Shown here piece by piece: positions 36,771-47,054 of a stretch of DNA of 64,000 bases. Within the stretch, counting starts at the first letter, position 1; every line of letters begins with the position of its first letter. Source of the DNA: an uncultured Bacilli bacterium (GTDB lineage Bacteria > Bacillota_I > Bacilli_A > RF39 > UBA660); contig CALVIG010000002.1 of assembly GCA_944329425.1 (NCBI GenBank), positions 593 to 64,592 on the forward strand, read 5' to 3'. The position numbers and the translations under genes are program-made. Under the pieces are notes generated by a model. The model was not told the DNA's origin. It ran no database searches and saw only the letters and a list, made by a program, of their open reading frames with translations.

Positions 36771-37307
36771 ATGAAGAAAATATTAGTTGTATTATTAGCG
36801 GTTTTTCTTTTTGCTGGATGTAGTTGTAGTTTAAACGATAATAAACCGGAAGAAGCTATTGAAACGTTTTTTGAAAAATATCGTGCCAAAGATGATGATA
36901 TAATTACTCAATTAAAAGATACCATAGATAACGAAGATTTAACTGATGATGCTAAGGAAAAATATCAAGAGTTAATGGAAAAACAGTATGATCAATTTGC
37001 ATACGTAATAAAGGACGTAAATGAAGAAAACGATTCAGCAACTGCAACGGTAGAACTTACGGTACTTAATTATAGAAGCGCGGTTTTAAAGGCAGAAGAA
37101 GAGCTAAAAAATAATCAGGAAAAGTTTAACGACGAAGAAGGAAATTTCTCTGAGGAAAAGTACATGGAATATAAAATAGAAAAAATGTCAGAAGTAACTG
37201 AAACTACAACGCATACAATTGATTTATCCTTAACCAAGGAAAATGGTATGTGGAAAGTTAATCAACTAAGTAGTGACGATATTTCTAAGCTTCATGGATT
37301 ATATTAA
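36771..37307 (+). CDS. Lipoprotein (AGCSCS lipobox), NTF2-like/DUF4878-type
   Basis: Signal peptide plus lipobox. C-terminal ENGMWKVNQ is typical of NTF2-fold lipoproteins. Start moved to the 2nd ATG for SD spacing. Confidence 0.5.
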   Translation: MKKILVVLLAVFLFAGCSCSLNDNKPEEAIETFFEKYRAKDDDIITQLKDTIDNEDLTDDAKEKYQELMEKQYDQFAYVIKDVNEENDSATATVELTVLNYRSAVLKAEEELKNNQEKFNDEEGNFSEEKYMEYKIEKMSEVTETTTHTIDLSLTKENGMWKVNQLSSDDISKLHGLY

Positions 37308-37347
37308 AATTAGGAACATACGTTCTTAATTTTTTTTAATAAAATAA

Positions 37348-37390
37348 TTAGCACTATATACTTGACAGTGCTAATTATCGGTACTATAAT
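37348..37390 (+). promoter_or_regulatory. CIRCE-like operator overlapping a consensus sigma-A promoter upstream of htpG
   Basis: TTAGCACT-atatacttgac-AGTGCTAA (about 37348-37374) is a perfect 8-bp inverted repeat with CIRCE half-sites (consensus TTAGCACTC-N9-GAGTGCTAA). It overlaps TTGACA (37362-37367)-17 nt-TATAAT (37385-37390). Confidence 0.55.
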
Positions 37391-37419
37391 CATAATAGTA
37401 ATTATAAGGAGATGATTAT

Positions 37420-39279
37420 ATGTCTAAAAGACAATTTAAAGCGGAATCTAAAAAATTATTAGATTTAATGGTTAATTCTATTTATACTAACAAAGATATT
37501 TTTTTAAGGGAGCTAATATCAAACGCTAATGATGCATTAGATAAATTATATTATGAATCATTAACTAATAAAAAATTAAAAGTAGATAAAAAAGAATTAA
37601 AAATAGTACTTGATATTGATAAAGAAAAAAGATTACTTACGATAGAAGATAATGGTATTGGTATGAGCAAAGAAGAGCTTTGTGAAAACTTAGGTACCAT
37701 TGCAAAAAGTGGTTCTTTAGCGTTTAAAGAGGCTTTAGAAAAAAAAGATAAAGTTAATATTATTGGGCAATTTGGTGTTGGTTTTTACTCATCGTTTATG
37801 GTTGCAGATAAAGTAATTGTTGAAAGTAAAAAAGCTGGTAGCGAAGAAGCTTATAAATGGGTATCAGAAGGCGCTGATGGCTATGAAATTACAAAGTCTA
37901 ATAAAGATACTTACGGAACTAAAATAACGCTTCATATTAAAGAAAAAACAAAGGATGATGATTTTGATAAGTACTTAGAAGAATTTAGCATAATGGGTCT
38001 TGTTAAAAAATATTCTGATTACGTAAGTTATCCAATAACCATATTTAATTATGATGAAGAAAAAAAGGAAAAGAAAGAATCAGATCCAATAAATAGTATG
38101 ATACCTTTATGGAAGAAAAATAAAAACAAAATAAAAGAGGAAGATTATTATAATTTCTATCAAGAAAAATTCTTTGATTATGCAAAACCACTTAAAGTTA
38201 TTCATACTAAAGCAGAAGGGTTAGTAAGTTATGACGCACTTTTATTTATTCCATCTAATCCACCATATGATTTTTATACAAAGGAATATAAAAAGGGGCT
38301 TGAATTATATTCAAATGGAGTATTAATAATGGATAAGTGTGAAGATTTACTTCCTGATTATTTAAGTTTTGTAAAGGGTGTTGTTGATTCTCCAGATTTA
38401 TCTCTTAATATATCAAGAGAAATATTACAACAAAGTAAACAGCTAAAACTTATTGCTAAAAACATAGAAAAGAAAATATTAAAAGAATTAAATGATATGC
38501 TAGAAAACGAAAGAGATAAGTATGAAGAATTCTTTAAGACGTTTGGTGTTAATATAAAATATGGTGTTTATGATAACTATGGAGCTAAAAAAGATGATCT
38601 AAAAGATTTAATTATATTTTATTCTTCTAAAGAAAAGAAAATGGCTACTTTAAAAGAATACGTATCAAGAATGAAAAAAGATGATGATACAATTTATTAT
38701 GCATGTGGTGAAACAACGGATAAGATAGATATGATGCCACAAGTTGAAAGTCTAAAGGAAAGAAAAAAAGAAGTGCTATATTTAACTGATTATGTTGATG
38801 AATTTGTTTTAAAAATGCTTGATAAATATGATGATAAGAAATTTGTTAACGTATCATCTAACGACTTTGATTTATCAAGTGAAGAAGAAAAAGAAGAGTT
38901 AAAGAAGAAAAACGAAGATTCTAAAGAAATGTTCGATCTAATGAAAAAAGAATTGGGTGAAGAAGTTTCTTCTATAAGATTTACAAACAAACTAAAGAAT
39001 CATCCTTTATGCTTAACAAGTGAAGGTAATATTACCGTTGAAATGCAAAAAGTAATTAACGCAATGCCAACTGATGAACACGTTGATGCTAAGTTAGTAT
39101 TAGAAATAAATGAGAACCATCCAATAGCACAAAAGATAAAAGATTTATATCAAAATGATAAAGATACATTAAAAAAATATACAAAAATTTTATATGATGA
39201 AGCAAGACTAATTGAAGGGTTACCAGTTAATAATCCAACTGAATTAAGTTCATTAGTATGTGAAATCTTATCTAAATAA
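37420..39279 (+). CDS. htpG: Chaperone HtpG (Hsp90)
   Basis: 619 aa. GHKL N-domain (LISNANDALDK, GTIAKSG). Typical HtpG length. Confidence 0.9.
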   Translation: MSKRQFKAESKKLLDLMVNSIYTNKDIFLRELISNANDALDKLYYESLTNKKLKVDKKELKIVLDIDKEKRLLTIEDNGIGMSKEELCENLGTIAKSGSLAFKEALEKKDKVNIIGQFGVGFYSSFMVADKVIVESKKAGSEEAYKWVSEGADGYEITKSNKDTYGTKITLHIKEKTKDDDFDKYLEEFSIMGLVKKYSDYVSYPITIFNYDEEKKEKKESDPINSMIPLWKKNKNKIKEEDYYNFYQEKFFDYAKPLKVIHTKAEGLVSYDALLFIPSNPPYDFYTKEYKKGLELYSNGVLIMDKCEDLLPDYLSFVKGVVDSPDLSLNISREILQQSKQLKLIAKNIEKKILKELNDMLENERDKYEEFFKTFGVNIKYGVYDNYGAKKDDLKDLIIFYSSKEKKMATLKEYVSRMKKDDDTIYYACGETTDKIDMMPQVESLKERKKEVLYLTDYVDEFVLKMLDKYDDKKFVNVSSNDFDLSSEEEKEELKKKNEDSKEMFDLMKKELGEEVSSIRFTNKLKNHPLCLTSEGNITVEMQKVINAMPTDEHVDAKLVLEINENHPIAQKIKDLYQNDKDTLKKYTKILYDEARLIEGLPVNNPTELSSLVCEILSK

Positions 39280-39335
39280 AGATGATTAAATTTACGATCA
39301 TCTTTTTTTATGCTATAATCGTCTTGGTGAAGTAA

Positions 39336-40541
39336 ATGATAGGCAAAGAAAAAAGAATTAAAACAAGCTTGAAGGTTTATCCATTTTATTATGGTTTATC
39401 AGCGGATTTAATGTTTTGGGCTGCTATTAATACACTTTTCTTAACGGTTGTAAAGAAGTTTAGTGCACAAGAAGTTAACTCACTTGTTTCTTTTTCAATT
39501 TTAATAAGTATAGTTGGTTACTTTATAATACTAAAGCTAATTAAAAAAATAGGAGAATTAAACGCAGTTAAAATAGGTAATATTATGCTTTTATTATCTA
39601 GCGTTTTTATAACTTTTTTAAAAACATATAACGGGGTACTTTTAGGATTGACTTTATATGAAATAGCATTTATATTTAAAAGCATGGATCATGTAATATT
39701 AAGAAAGAATTTAGAAAGTTTAAATGAAAAAGAAAAGTTTTTTAACTATGAAACTAAAGGGACATTAATATATTCTATTATTACCATGGTCATTTCTTTT
39801 GTATCTGGTTTTATCTTCAACATAAATAATTACTTGCCAATGTATATATGTATTTTCTTTTGCGTTTTAAACTGTATTATATCAGGTTTTTTATATTGTC
39901 CAAAAGAAGATTATAAGTTAATAAAACAAGAAAATAATAAAATAAAATTTAATAAAACAATAATCTTTATTTTGCTATTTTATTTACTTATCTATTCGGT
40001 GATAGAAAACTCACAAACTAACACTCAATTAATACTGCAATATAACATGCAGGATTTCTTAAATGAAAAAAACGTTGCCTTAATACTTTCGTTTATAGTT
40101 TTTATATCGCGGATTATACGCACTTTATCAAACATGGCTTTTAATAAAACTTATAATAAAGTAAAAAATAATTTATCTATTATTTTAAACGTTTTATTAA
40201 TTGTTTCTCTATGTTTAATTTTATTAGGTGATTTTATAAGAAATGGTTTTATTGGCATTGTCATAGTTTCCTTGGGATTTTTTATCTTGCTTTTATTAAG
40301 GGATCCAACGGAAAATTATGGAAGAACGATTTTATTTGATAATACTCCAAGAACGTTTCATGATGAATTATCTTTATATTATTCAGTATCTAGAAAAATA
40401 GGAAAATTTTTTATAAGTCTTATAATAAGCATAATATTATTTGATTTAGATCTTAAATACGTGTTCATATTTTTGCTTGTTATTACTATTATAACCTTAT
40501 ATATAACAAGCAATATAGTAAAAATGCTTAAAAAGAGATGA
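39336..40541 (+). CDS. Polytopic membrane transporter (MFS-like, about 12 TM)
   Basis: 401 aa. 11-12 hydrophobic helices in a 6+6 arrangement with a central loop. Confidence 0.4.
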   Translation: MIGKEKRIKTSLKVYPFYYGLSADLMFWAAINTLFLTVVKKFSAQEVNSLVSFSILISIVGYFIILKLIKKIGELNAVKIGNIMLLLSSVFITFLKTYNGVLLGLTLYEIAFIFKSMDHVILRKNLESLNEKEKFFNYETKGTLIYSIITMVISFVSGFIFNINNYLPMYICIFFCVLNCIISGFLYCPKEDYKLIKQENNKIKFNKTIIFILLFYLLIYSVIENSQTNTQLILQYNMQDFLNEKNVALILSFIVFISRIIRTLSNMAFNKTYNKVKNNLSIILNVLLIVSLCLILLGDFIRNGFIGIVIVSLGFFILLLLRDPTENYGRTILFDNTPRTFHDELSLYYSVSRKIGKFFISLIISIILFDLDLKYVFIFLLVITIITLYITSNIVKMLKKR

Positions 40542-40578
40542 AAGTGTTTTAAAATTGAATTTAAGGATATGATATATT

Positions 40579-41424
40579 ATGGAAAGTATAATACTATTAA
40601 CATTTTTAACGGCGTTGATAAGCTCTATTGCATCATACGTCGATAAACATTTAATGAATTTGGGAATTAGTAGAAAAGACTATTTTTATTATATGTGTCT
40701 TTCGATGGTTCCGTTTTCGGTTTTTATGATTGTAATAGAATGCATTACTGGAAATTTCAAACTCGAAATGTCGATTATTCCAATTATTGCTTTAATATTC
40801 GCGATGGCAACAAGATATTTTAAGCAGATGTCTTTAGCTAAAATGGGGCAAAAACTTGAGGTTTTTGAGAATTTGTCTTATATGTCTCTTGGAATAATAT
40901 TATCATATATAGTAGACATTTTAATTGGCATAAGAGACTTTAACATTTGGTACGTATGCTTTATAATCATTGTTTTAATCGGAGTATTTAGTTTATCAAA
41001 CGTAAAATTAAGGTTAAAAAATTTAAAAAAGGATTTAATAATAAGAATAATTGGTGAAGTAGCATTAGGATTTATTGCAAATATCATTCTTAGATACTGG
41101 TCGAACGCGTTTTACATATTTATTTTAAACGCTCTATTAACAATTGTTTTTTCTAAGAATTATTCTTTTAATTATCATAAAAAACATAAAAAGATAATAA
41201 AATGGGTATTTATTCAACAATCATTCGGCTTTTTTTACATATATTTATATAATTATTTATCAAGTATTTCTGTTACAACAAGCAACCTTGTAAAGCCAAT
41301 AACACTTGTATTATCATTTATATTTGCATATTTTGTTAGAGAAAACAAAAGAAAACCAAAAGCTAAAGATTTTGCATCATTATGTCTTATAGTTTTAGGT
41401 GTTGTATTACTAAATATGATATAA
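40579..41424 (+). CDS. Polytopic membrane protein (DMT/EamA-like, about 9-10 TM)
   Basis: 281 aa with two similar halves of hydrophobic helices. Confidence 0.35.
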   Translation: MESIILLTFLTALISSIASYVDKHLMNLGISRKDYFYYMCLSMVPFSVFMIVIECITGNFKLEMSIIPIIALIFAMATRYFKQMSLAKMGQKLEVFENLSYMSLGIILSYIVDILIGIRDFNIWYVCFIIIVLIGVFSLSNVKLRLKNLKKDLIIRIIGEVALGFIANIILRYWSNAFYIFILNALLTIVFSKNYSFNYHKKHKKIIKWVFIQQSFGFFYIYLYNYLSSISVTTSNLVKPITLVLSFIFAYFVRENKRKPKAKDFASLCLIVLGVVLLNMI

Positions 41425-41446
41425 TCTATTTAAAGGAGGTATAACA

Positions 41447-41917
41447 ATGTTAGAAAAATTAGAAGGTAAATACGTGTTTTTTGATGTGGATGGGACTTTA
41501 AGCGAATACAGGTTTAATGACAAACTTTATGCTAGTTTAAAGCCAGAACTAGGTTGTCAAACCTTAGAAGACTTTTTGTTTGGTAATTTATTTTTAAAAG
41601 CAAGACCACTTAAAACGATGCAGCGTGTTATAGAAAAACTCGATAAAGATAGAATATTTGTTTTAGGAACAATAGTTTCTAATAACGAAATAAATCAAAA
41701 GTATACGTGGCTAAAAGAAAACTATCCAAACATAAAAAAAGAAAACATAATTTTCATATCATCTACCATGTTAAAACCAGAAGTTATAATAGAGTATTCT
41801 AAAAAATACAAAATTGATTTAAAAGATATGGTTTTCGTAGATGATAGATTAGACGTTTTAAGAAAAGCAGAAGAAATGGGAATAACGGCATACCATCCAA
41901 GTTCATTCACTGAATAA
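41447..41917 (+). CDS. HAD-superfamily 5'(3')-deoxyribonucleotidase-like hydrolase
   Basis: N-terminal FFDVDGTL HAD motif I. About 156 aa NT5C-like. Confidence 0.5.
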   Translation: MLEKLEGKYVFFDVDGTLSEYRFNDKLYASLKPELGCQTLEDFLFGNLFLKARPLKTMQRVIEKLDKDRIFVLGTIVSNNEINQKYTWLKENYPNIKKENIIFISSTMLKPEVIIEYSKKYKIDLKDMVFVDDRLDVLRKAEEMGITAYHPSSFTE

Positions 41918-41968
41918 AAAGGCAAATATTTATTGTCTTTTTTTCATACATTTATATAGGTGGTATGA

Positions 41969-43030
41969 ATGAAAAAAGCATTTTTAATATTTATCTTGAT
42001 GTTAATTATTCCTTTAAAAATAGAAGCTTATAACCTTGGAGAATCAGCAATTTTAATGGAAGAAGATACCAAAAGGGTACTTGTGTCCAAAAACATGAAT
42101 AAGAAAAAGTTAATAGCTTCAACTACCAAAATTATGACAGCGGTAATCGCAATAGAGTCAGGTAAGACGGATAAAACCGTTAAGGTAACAGATAAGGTTT
42201 TAGAAGCATATGGGTCATCTATATACTTAAGTGTAGGAGAAAAAATGAAACTTGAAGACATGCTATATGGTCTTATGATGCAAAGTGGAAATGACGCAGC
42301 GTTAATGATTGCGGATTATTTGGGTGGAGAAGAAAAGTTTGTTAAAAAAATGAATGATAAAGCTAAAGAAATAGGAATGAAAAATACCTCTTTTAAAAAT
42401 CCACACGGATTAGATGAAAAAACACAAAATTATTCCACGGCTTATGATATGGCATTATTAATGAGGTATGCTAATAGTTTTCCTTTATTTAAAAAAATAA
42501 CTGGGTGTAAAAAGCATACGGTAAAAACAGATGAAAAAACCTATCAATGGACAAATAAAAACAAACTTTTATACACGTATAAATATACAACTGGAGGTAA
42601 AACTGGATACACTGATAAGGCTCATCGCACGTTAGTTACGTCAGCTAGTAAAGATGGGTTAAACCTTATTGTAGTAACTTTAAATGATGGTAATGATTTT
42701 GAAAATCATAAAGAATTATATGAATATGGTTTTAATAATTACGAAATGGTAAAAGTTTTTGATAAAGATAACATGAATCTTCCTAACAAAAAAATATACG
42801 CATTAGATGATTATTTTTATCCGCTTACAAGCCAAGAGAAAAAATTAATTACGATTGATTATAAGATAAAGGAAAAAGACAATTATAAAAACGAAGAAGA
42901 AGTTGGTAGCGCAATTGTAAAACTAAGTGGTAAAACAATTCACGAAGAAAAATTATATATAAGTGTGAAAGAAAACTCAACTAAGAAAAATAGTTGGTTT
43001 TCAAAGTTAATTGACAAGTTATTTAGTTAG
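41969..43030 (+). CDS. D-alanyl-D-alanine carboxypeptidase (PBP5-type, DacB/DacF-like)
   Basis: Signal peptide. STTKIMT (SxxK), SGN and KTG motifs. C-terminal beta-sandwich domain. Confidence 0.75.
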   Translation: MKKAFLIFILMLIIPLKIEAYNLGESAILMEEDTKRVLVSKNMNKKKLIASTTKIMTAVIAIESGKTDKTVKVTDKVLEAYGSSIYLSVGEKMKLEDMLYGLMMQSGNDAALMIADYLGGEEKFVKKMNDKAKEIGMKNTSFKNPHGLDEKTQNYSTAYDMALLMRYANSFPLFKKITGCKKHTVKTDEKTYQWTNKNKLLYTYKYTTGGKTGYTDKAHRTLVTSASKDGLNLIVVTLNDGNDFENHKELYEYGFNNYEMVKVFDKDNMNLPNKKIYALDDYFYPLTSQEKKLITIDYKIKEKDNYKNEEEVGSAIVKLSGKTIHEEKLYISVKENSTKKNSWFSKLIDKLFS

Positions 43031-43151
43031 TTTTTTTGAAAATAATTAATTTTACGTTAATTATTTTTTATTTGTTACTTTTCTTGACAATGAACAAGAT
43101 AAATTTTACAATATAAGTGTATATTAATTATACATAATAAGGAGGATTAAA

Positions 43152-44705
43152 ATGGGAAATGTTTTGATTCCTGTTTTACTTCTAATAATTGGATTATTTG
43201 TTGGAGCGATTATCGCTTTTGTAATAACTGCATTAAAAAAGAAAAATGAAGAACATAAGGCTTCTAACATAATTGAAAAAGCAAAGAAGGAAGCAGAAAA
43301 AGCTAAAAGGGATGCTCTTTTGGAAGCTAAAGAAGAAGCTTATAAGTTAAAACTTGAGACTGACAAAGAAATTAAAGAGAAAAAAAGTGAAATAAAAGAG
43401 AACGAAGAGCGTCTTTTACAACGTGAAGGAAGTATTGATAGAAGGGATGCTTTACTACAGAATCGTGAACAAATGTTAGACGAAAAAGAAAACGGGATTA
43501 TTCAAAAACAAAAAGATATTCAAAAATTAGAAGAAAAAGCAGAAAACATAATAAAAGAACAAATAGAAAAGCTAGAAAAAATATCTGGTTTTTCAAAAAA
43601 ACAAGCAAAAGAAGAAATAATGAAACAAGTTGAAATATCAATGAGTTCGGAAATTTCGGCTTATATTAAAGAAAAAGAAGCGGAGGCTAAATTAGAAGTT
43701 GATAAAAAAGCCAAGGGGTTGCTTGTTGAATCAATGCAAAAATATGCATCAGACGTAGCTAATGAGCAAACCGTTAGTGTTGTTACTTTACCAAATGATG
43801 ACATGAAAGGAAGAATAATAGGTAGGGAAGGTAGAAACATAAGAACGATTGAAGCCGTAACTGGGGTTGATCTTATAATTGATGATACTCCTGAAGCTAT
43901 CGTGTTATCAAGTTTTGATCCATTAAGAAGGGAAATAGCTAAGCAAACAATCGAATCTTTGATTAAGGATGGTAGAATACATCCTTCTAGAATAGAAGAA
44001 ATATATGATAAGACATGTAAAGAGTTAAATATAAAGATAAGAGAGTATGGCGAAGAAGCGATGTTTGATCTTGGAATAACTAAGTTAGATCCAGAATTAG
44101 TTACCATTATAGGAAAATTAAATTTTAGAACCAGTTATGGGCAAAATGCTTTACAGCATTCTAAAGAAGTTGCTCATTTAGCGGGAATTATGGCATCCGA
44201 GTTAGGAGAAAACGTAGCCCTTGCTAAAAGAGCAGGTTTGCTTCATGATATTGGAAAAGCAATCGATTTTGAAACGGAAGGTTCACACGTTGAAATAGGA
44301 GCTAATTTAGCTAAAAAATATGGTGAGGATAGTGTTGTTATTAATGCTATAGAATCACATCATGGAGATAAAAATCCTAGTTCTATTATATCAGTTTTGG
44401 TTTCTATCGCGGACAGTTTATCGGCAGCAAGACCTGGGGCTAGAAATGATTCTTTAGAAAATTACGTAAAAAGGTTAGAGCAATTAGAATCAATCGCAAA
44501 AGATTTTAATGGTGTAGAAAAAGCTTACGCAATGCAAGCAGGTAGAGAATTAAGGGTTATCGTAGAACCAGAAAAAATAGATGACGTTGGAAGTTATAAA
44601 ACCGCTCGTGATATTAAAGATAGAATAGAAAAAGAAATGCAGTATCCAGGTACGGTTAAGGTTACCGTTATAAGGGAAACTAGGGCAATAGAAGAAGCTA
44701 AGTAA
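43152..44705 (+). CDS. rny: Ribonuclease Y
   Basis: N-terminal TM, coiled coil, KH domain, HD domain (HDIGK). 517 aa. Confidence 0.9.
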   Translation: MGNVLIPVLLLIIGLFVGAIIAFVITALKKKNEEHKASNIIEKAKKEAEKAKRDALLEAKEEAYKLKLETDKEIKEKKSEIKENEERLLQREGSIDRRDALLQNREQMLDEKENGIIQKQKDIQKLEEKAENIIKEQIEKLEKISGFSKKQAKEEIMKQVEISMSSEISAYIKEKEAEAKLEVDKKAKGLLVESMQKYASDVANEQTVSVVTLPNDDMKGRIIGREGRNIRTIEAVTGVDLIIDDTPEAIVLSSFDPLRREIAKQTIESLIKDGRIHPSRIEEIYDKTCKELNIKIREYGEEAMFDLGITKLDPELVTIIGKLNFRTSYGQNALQHSKEVAHLAGIMASELGENVALAKRAGLLHDIGKAIDFETEGSHVEIGANLAKKYGEDSVVINAIESHHGDKNPSSIISVLVSIADSLSAARPGARNDSLENYVKRLEQLESIAKDFNGVEKAYAMQAGRELRVIVEPEKIDDVGSYKTARDIKDRIEKEMQYPGTVKVTVIRETRAIEEAK

Positions 44706-44755
44706 GGCTTCTTTTTTTTAAGTTCATACATAGAATTTAATAGGAGGTTTTTTAA

Positions 44756-45685
44756 ATGAAAAACATACTTGGTTATTATTATGGTCTTCATCCGGAAGAA
44801 ATATCTTATAAAGATAATAAATATTTTTTTGAGTACCGTGATCGTAAGTATGTTTTTGAACCATTTGAAAGACCTTTAGGAGATATTGAATGTTTATATA
44901 AGATAAATAAACAAATGATAGAAAGAAATATCTTAGTGCATGAAATAATTCCTAATAATGAAAATAACGTAATAACCTACGTTAACAACGTTGGTTATAT
45001 ATTAATGGAAATATACATAAATAAAGATGCTAGAATAAATTTACCTGAAGTGTGTTATATTAATAATAATTCTATAGGAGTGGAATGTAATAAGACTTTA
45101 AATAGATATGATTGGGTAAATCTGTGGGAAATAAAAAATGATTTTTTGGAAGCTCAAATAAACGAGATAGGAAAGAAGTATCCTAACTTGTGTAATTATG
45201 CTAATTATTATATAGGTTTATCTGAAAATGCTATTTTATATGTAAAAGAAGCTAGTAAATTAGATGATGTTGCACTTGTTAGTATTTGTCATAAAAGGAT
45301 TGATTCAAAAGATAACCTATTCGAATTATATAATCCACTTAGGTATATATATGATTATAGGGTTAGGGATATAAGTGAATACATAAAATCAGCGTTTTTT
45401 AATGATGAAGATGTATATGGTATCGTTAAAGAATATTTTCTAAATAATTATATAAGCTATAAAGAAGCTTTATTATTTTATGGAAGATTGTTATATCCAT
45501 CATATTTTTTTGACTTATATGATAACATAGTTAAAAACGAATTAAATGAAAATTTAATTGATGGTTTAGTTTCAAAATCAGAAGCCTATGAAAAATTTTT
45601 AACTAACATTCATTTATACTTAAGTAAATTGTATAATAGGTATATACCTTCTATAGATTGGTTAATAAAAAGAAGCTACATTTAA
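44756..45685 (+). CDS. CotS/YutH-family spore coat protein (kinase-like fold)
   Basis: 309 aa. Convergent and adjacent to a NifU-like gene, as yutH-yutI are in B. subtilis. Low-level CotS-family resemblance. Confidence 0.5.
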   Translation: MKNILGYYYGLHPEEISYKDNKYFFEYRDRKYVFEPFERPLGDIECLYKINKQMIERNILVHEIIPNNENNVITYVNNVGYILMEIYINKDARINLPEVCYINNNSIGVECNKTLNRYDWVNLWEIKNDFLEAQINEIGKKYPNLCNYANYYIGLSENAILYVKEASKLDDVALVSICHKRIDSKDNLFELYNPLRYIYDYRVRDISEYIKSAFFNDEDVYGIVKEYFLNNYISYKEALLFYGRLLYPSYFFDLYDNIVKNELNENLIDGLVSKSEAYEKFLTNIHLYLSKLYNRYIPSIDWLIKRSYI

Positions 45686-45927
45686 GCTTCTTTAACGTTT
45701 ACTACTTTAATTATTTCGGGAATCTGAGATATTAACATTTCTTCAATGGTATCTTGAATGGTAATATCCGAAAAAACGCATCCAGCGCAAGCACCTTTAA
45801 GTTTAACGTAACAAATATTATCTTCATATTTTACAAATTCTACGTCACCACCATCATTGTTTAGGTATGGCCTTATTTTTTCTAATATTTGTATAATTTT
45901 ATCTTCAATTTCGTTCATCATTATCAC
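45682..45927 (-). CDS. NifU-like Fe-S cluster scaffold domain protein (YutI-like)
   Basis: 81 aa. Nfu/NifU C-terminal domain motif GACAGC (KGACAGCVFSDITIQ). Confidence 0.7.
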   Translation of the reverse strand: MIMMNEIEDKIIQILEKIRPYLNNDGGDVEFVKYEDNICYVKLKGACAGCVFSDITIQDTIEEMLISQIPEIIKVVNVKEA

Positions 45928-46017
45928 CAGTTAAATTATACACCATGAATTTTTTAAAGTAAAGTTTGATTGTAAAGTCTATAATTTGTGTTATAATAGC
46001 ATTGGAAGGTGCTAATT

Positions 46018-46377
46018 ATGACTAAATATAAGGAAGGAGACGTTGTTAAAGCAAGGATAACAGCTATAGAAAAGTATGGTGCTTTTGCAGCCATTGATGA
46101 TGAATATAGTGGTCTTATTCACATATCAGAAATAACCGAAAAATTTGTTCGAGATATAACTGATTTCGTTGAAATAGGGGATATAATTAACGTTAAAATA
46201 CTTTTAATTCCACATGAACACAATCAATTGAGGTTATCCGCAAAGGGTGTAAATGAAGAGCTTCATAAAAGTAAAAGAAAAAAGATTAAAGAAACGGTAT
46301 TTGGTTTTTATTTACTTAAAACGGCGTTACCTAATTGGATTGAAGAAAAAATGGAAGAGATTAACAAAAAATCTTGA
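46018..46377 (+). CDS. S1 RNA-binding domain protein (general stress protein 13/YugI-like)
   Basis: S1 domain (EGDVVKARITAIEKYGAFAAI..GLIHISEI). About 120 aa. AAGGTG SD. Confidence 0.65.
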   Translation: MTKYKEGDVVKARITAIEKYGAFAAIDDEYSGLIHISEITEKFVRDITDFVEIGDIINVKILLIPHEHNQLRLSAKGVNEELHKSKRKKIKETVFGFYLLKTALPNWIEEKMEEINKKS

Positions 46378-46437
46378 AACTTACTTGACAATATTACAAA
46401 ATACTGATATATTTATATACGTTCTCACGTATATTTT

Positions 46438-46514
46438 GGATGCTTAGCTCAGTTGGTTAGAGCACCTGCCTTACAAGCAGGGGGTCATAGGTTCGAGTCC
46501 TATAGCGTCCACCA
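46438..46514 (+). tRNA. tRNA-Val (TAC)
   Basis: Cloverleaf with GGATGCT/AGCGTCC acceptor, anticodon loop CTTACAA, encoded CCA. Confidence 0.85.
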
Positions 46515-46519
46515 TTATT

Positions 46520-46595
<76 letters not shown>

Positions 46596-46598
46596 CTT

Positions 46599-46682
46599 GG
46601 GGAGATAGCGAAGTGGTTAAACGCGGCAGACTGTAAATCTGTTCCTTCGGGTTCGGTGGTTCGAATCCACCTCTCCCCACCA
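46599..46682 (+). tRNA. tRNA-Tyr (GTA)
   Basis: GGGGAGA/TCTCCCC acceptor, anticodon loop ACTGTAAAT, long variable arm, CCA. Confidence 0.85.
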
Positions 46683-46690
46683 CTTAAGAT

Positions 46691-46765
46691 TGCCTCGTCG
46701 CCAAGTGGTAAGGCATCAGACTTTGACTCTGACATGCGCAAGTTCGAATCTTGCCGAGGCAACCA
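46691..46765 (+). tRNA. tRNA-Gln (TTG)
   Basis: U1-A72 acceptor (TGCCTCG/CGAGGCA) typical of bacterial tRNA-Gln, anticodon loop CTTTGAC, CCA. Confidence 0.8.
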
Positions 46766-46782
46766 AAATTTATTTGTAGTAT

Positions 46783-46858
46783 GTCCTGTTAGCTCAGTAG
46801 GTAGAGCATTTGACTTTTAATCAAAGGGTCATGCGTTCGAGTCGCATACAGGACACCA
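46783..46858 (+). tRNA. tRNA-Lys (TTT)
   Basis: GTCCTGT/ACAGGAC acceptor, anticodon loop CTTTTAA, CCA. Confidence 0.85.
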
Positions 46859-46860
46859 TT

Positions 46861-46949
46861 GCCCGAGTGGCGGAATTGGTAGACGCACAGGACTTAAAAT
46901 CCTGCGAGATTCAACCCTCGTGCCGGTTCAAGTCCGGCCTCGGGCACCA
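46861..46949 (+). tRNA. tRNA-Leu (TAA)
   Basis: GCCCGAG acceptor, anticodon loop CTTAAAA, long variable arm, CCA. Followed by a terminator hairpin CTAACC..GGTTAG plus T-run (about 46960-46985). Confidence 0.85.
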
Positions 46950-47054
46950 CTGGAAATTAGCTAACCTTTTGGTTAGTTTTTTTGTTTTAATAAACTTTAA
47001 TAAAAATAACACAATAATTTAATAATATTCATTTATACTTAAAGTAGAAAGTGA

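Noticed and set aside
43661-44107. 148-aa minus-strand ORF inside rny. The same applies to 29619-30200 and 30351-30608 inside prkC, 53150-53575 across gatA/gatB, 9045-9671 inside parE, 12346-12711 inside parC, 2854-3153 inside comEC and 20260-20583 inside the acidic gene.
   Set aside because: These are antisense ORFs wholly embedded in well-supported conserved genes. They are low-complexity/Ser-Leu-rich translations typical of AT-rich antisense frames, with no SD.
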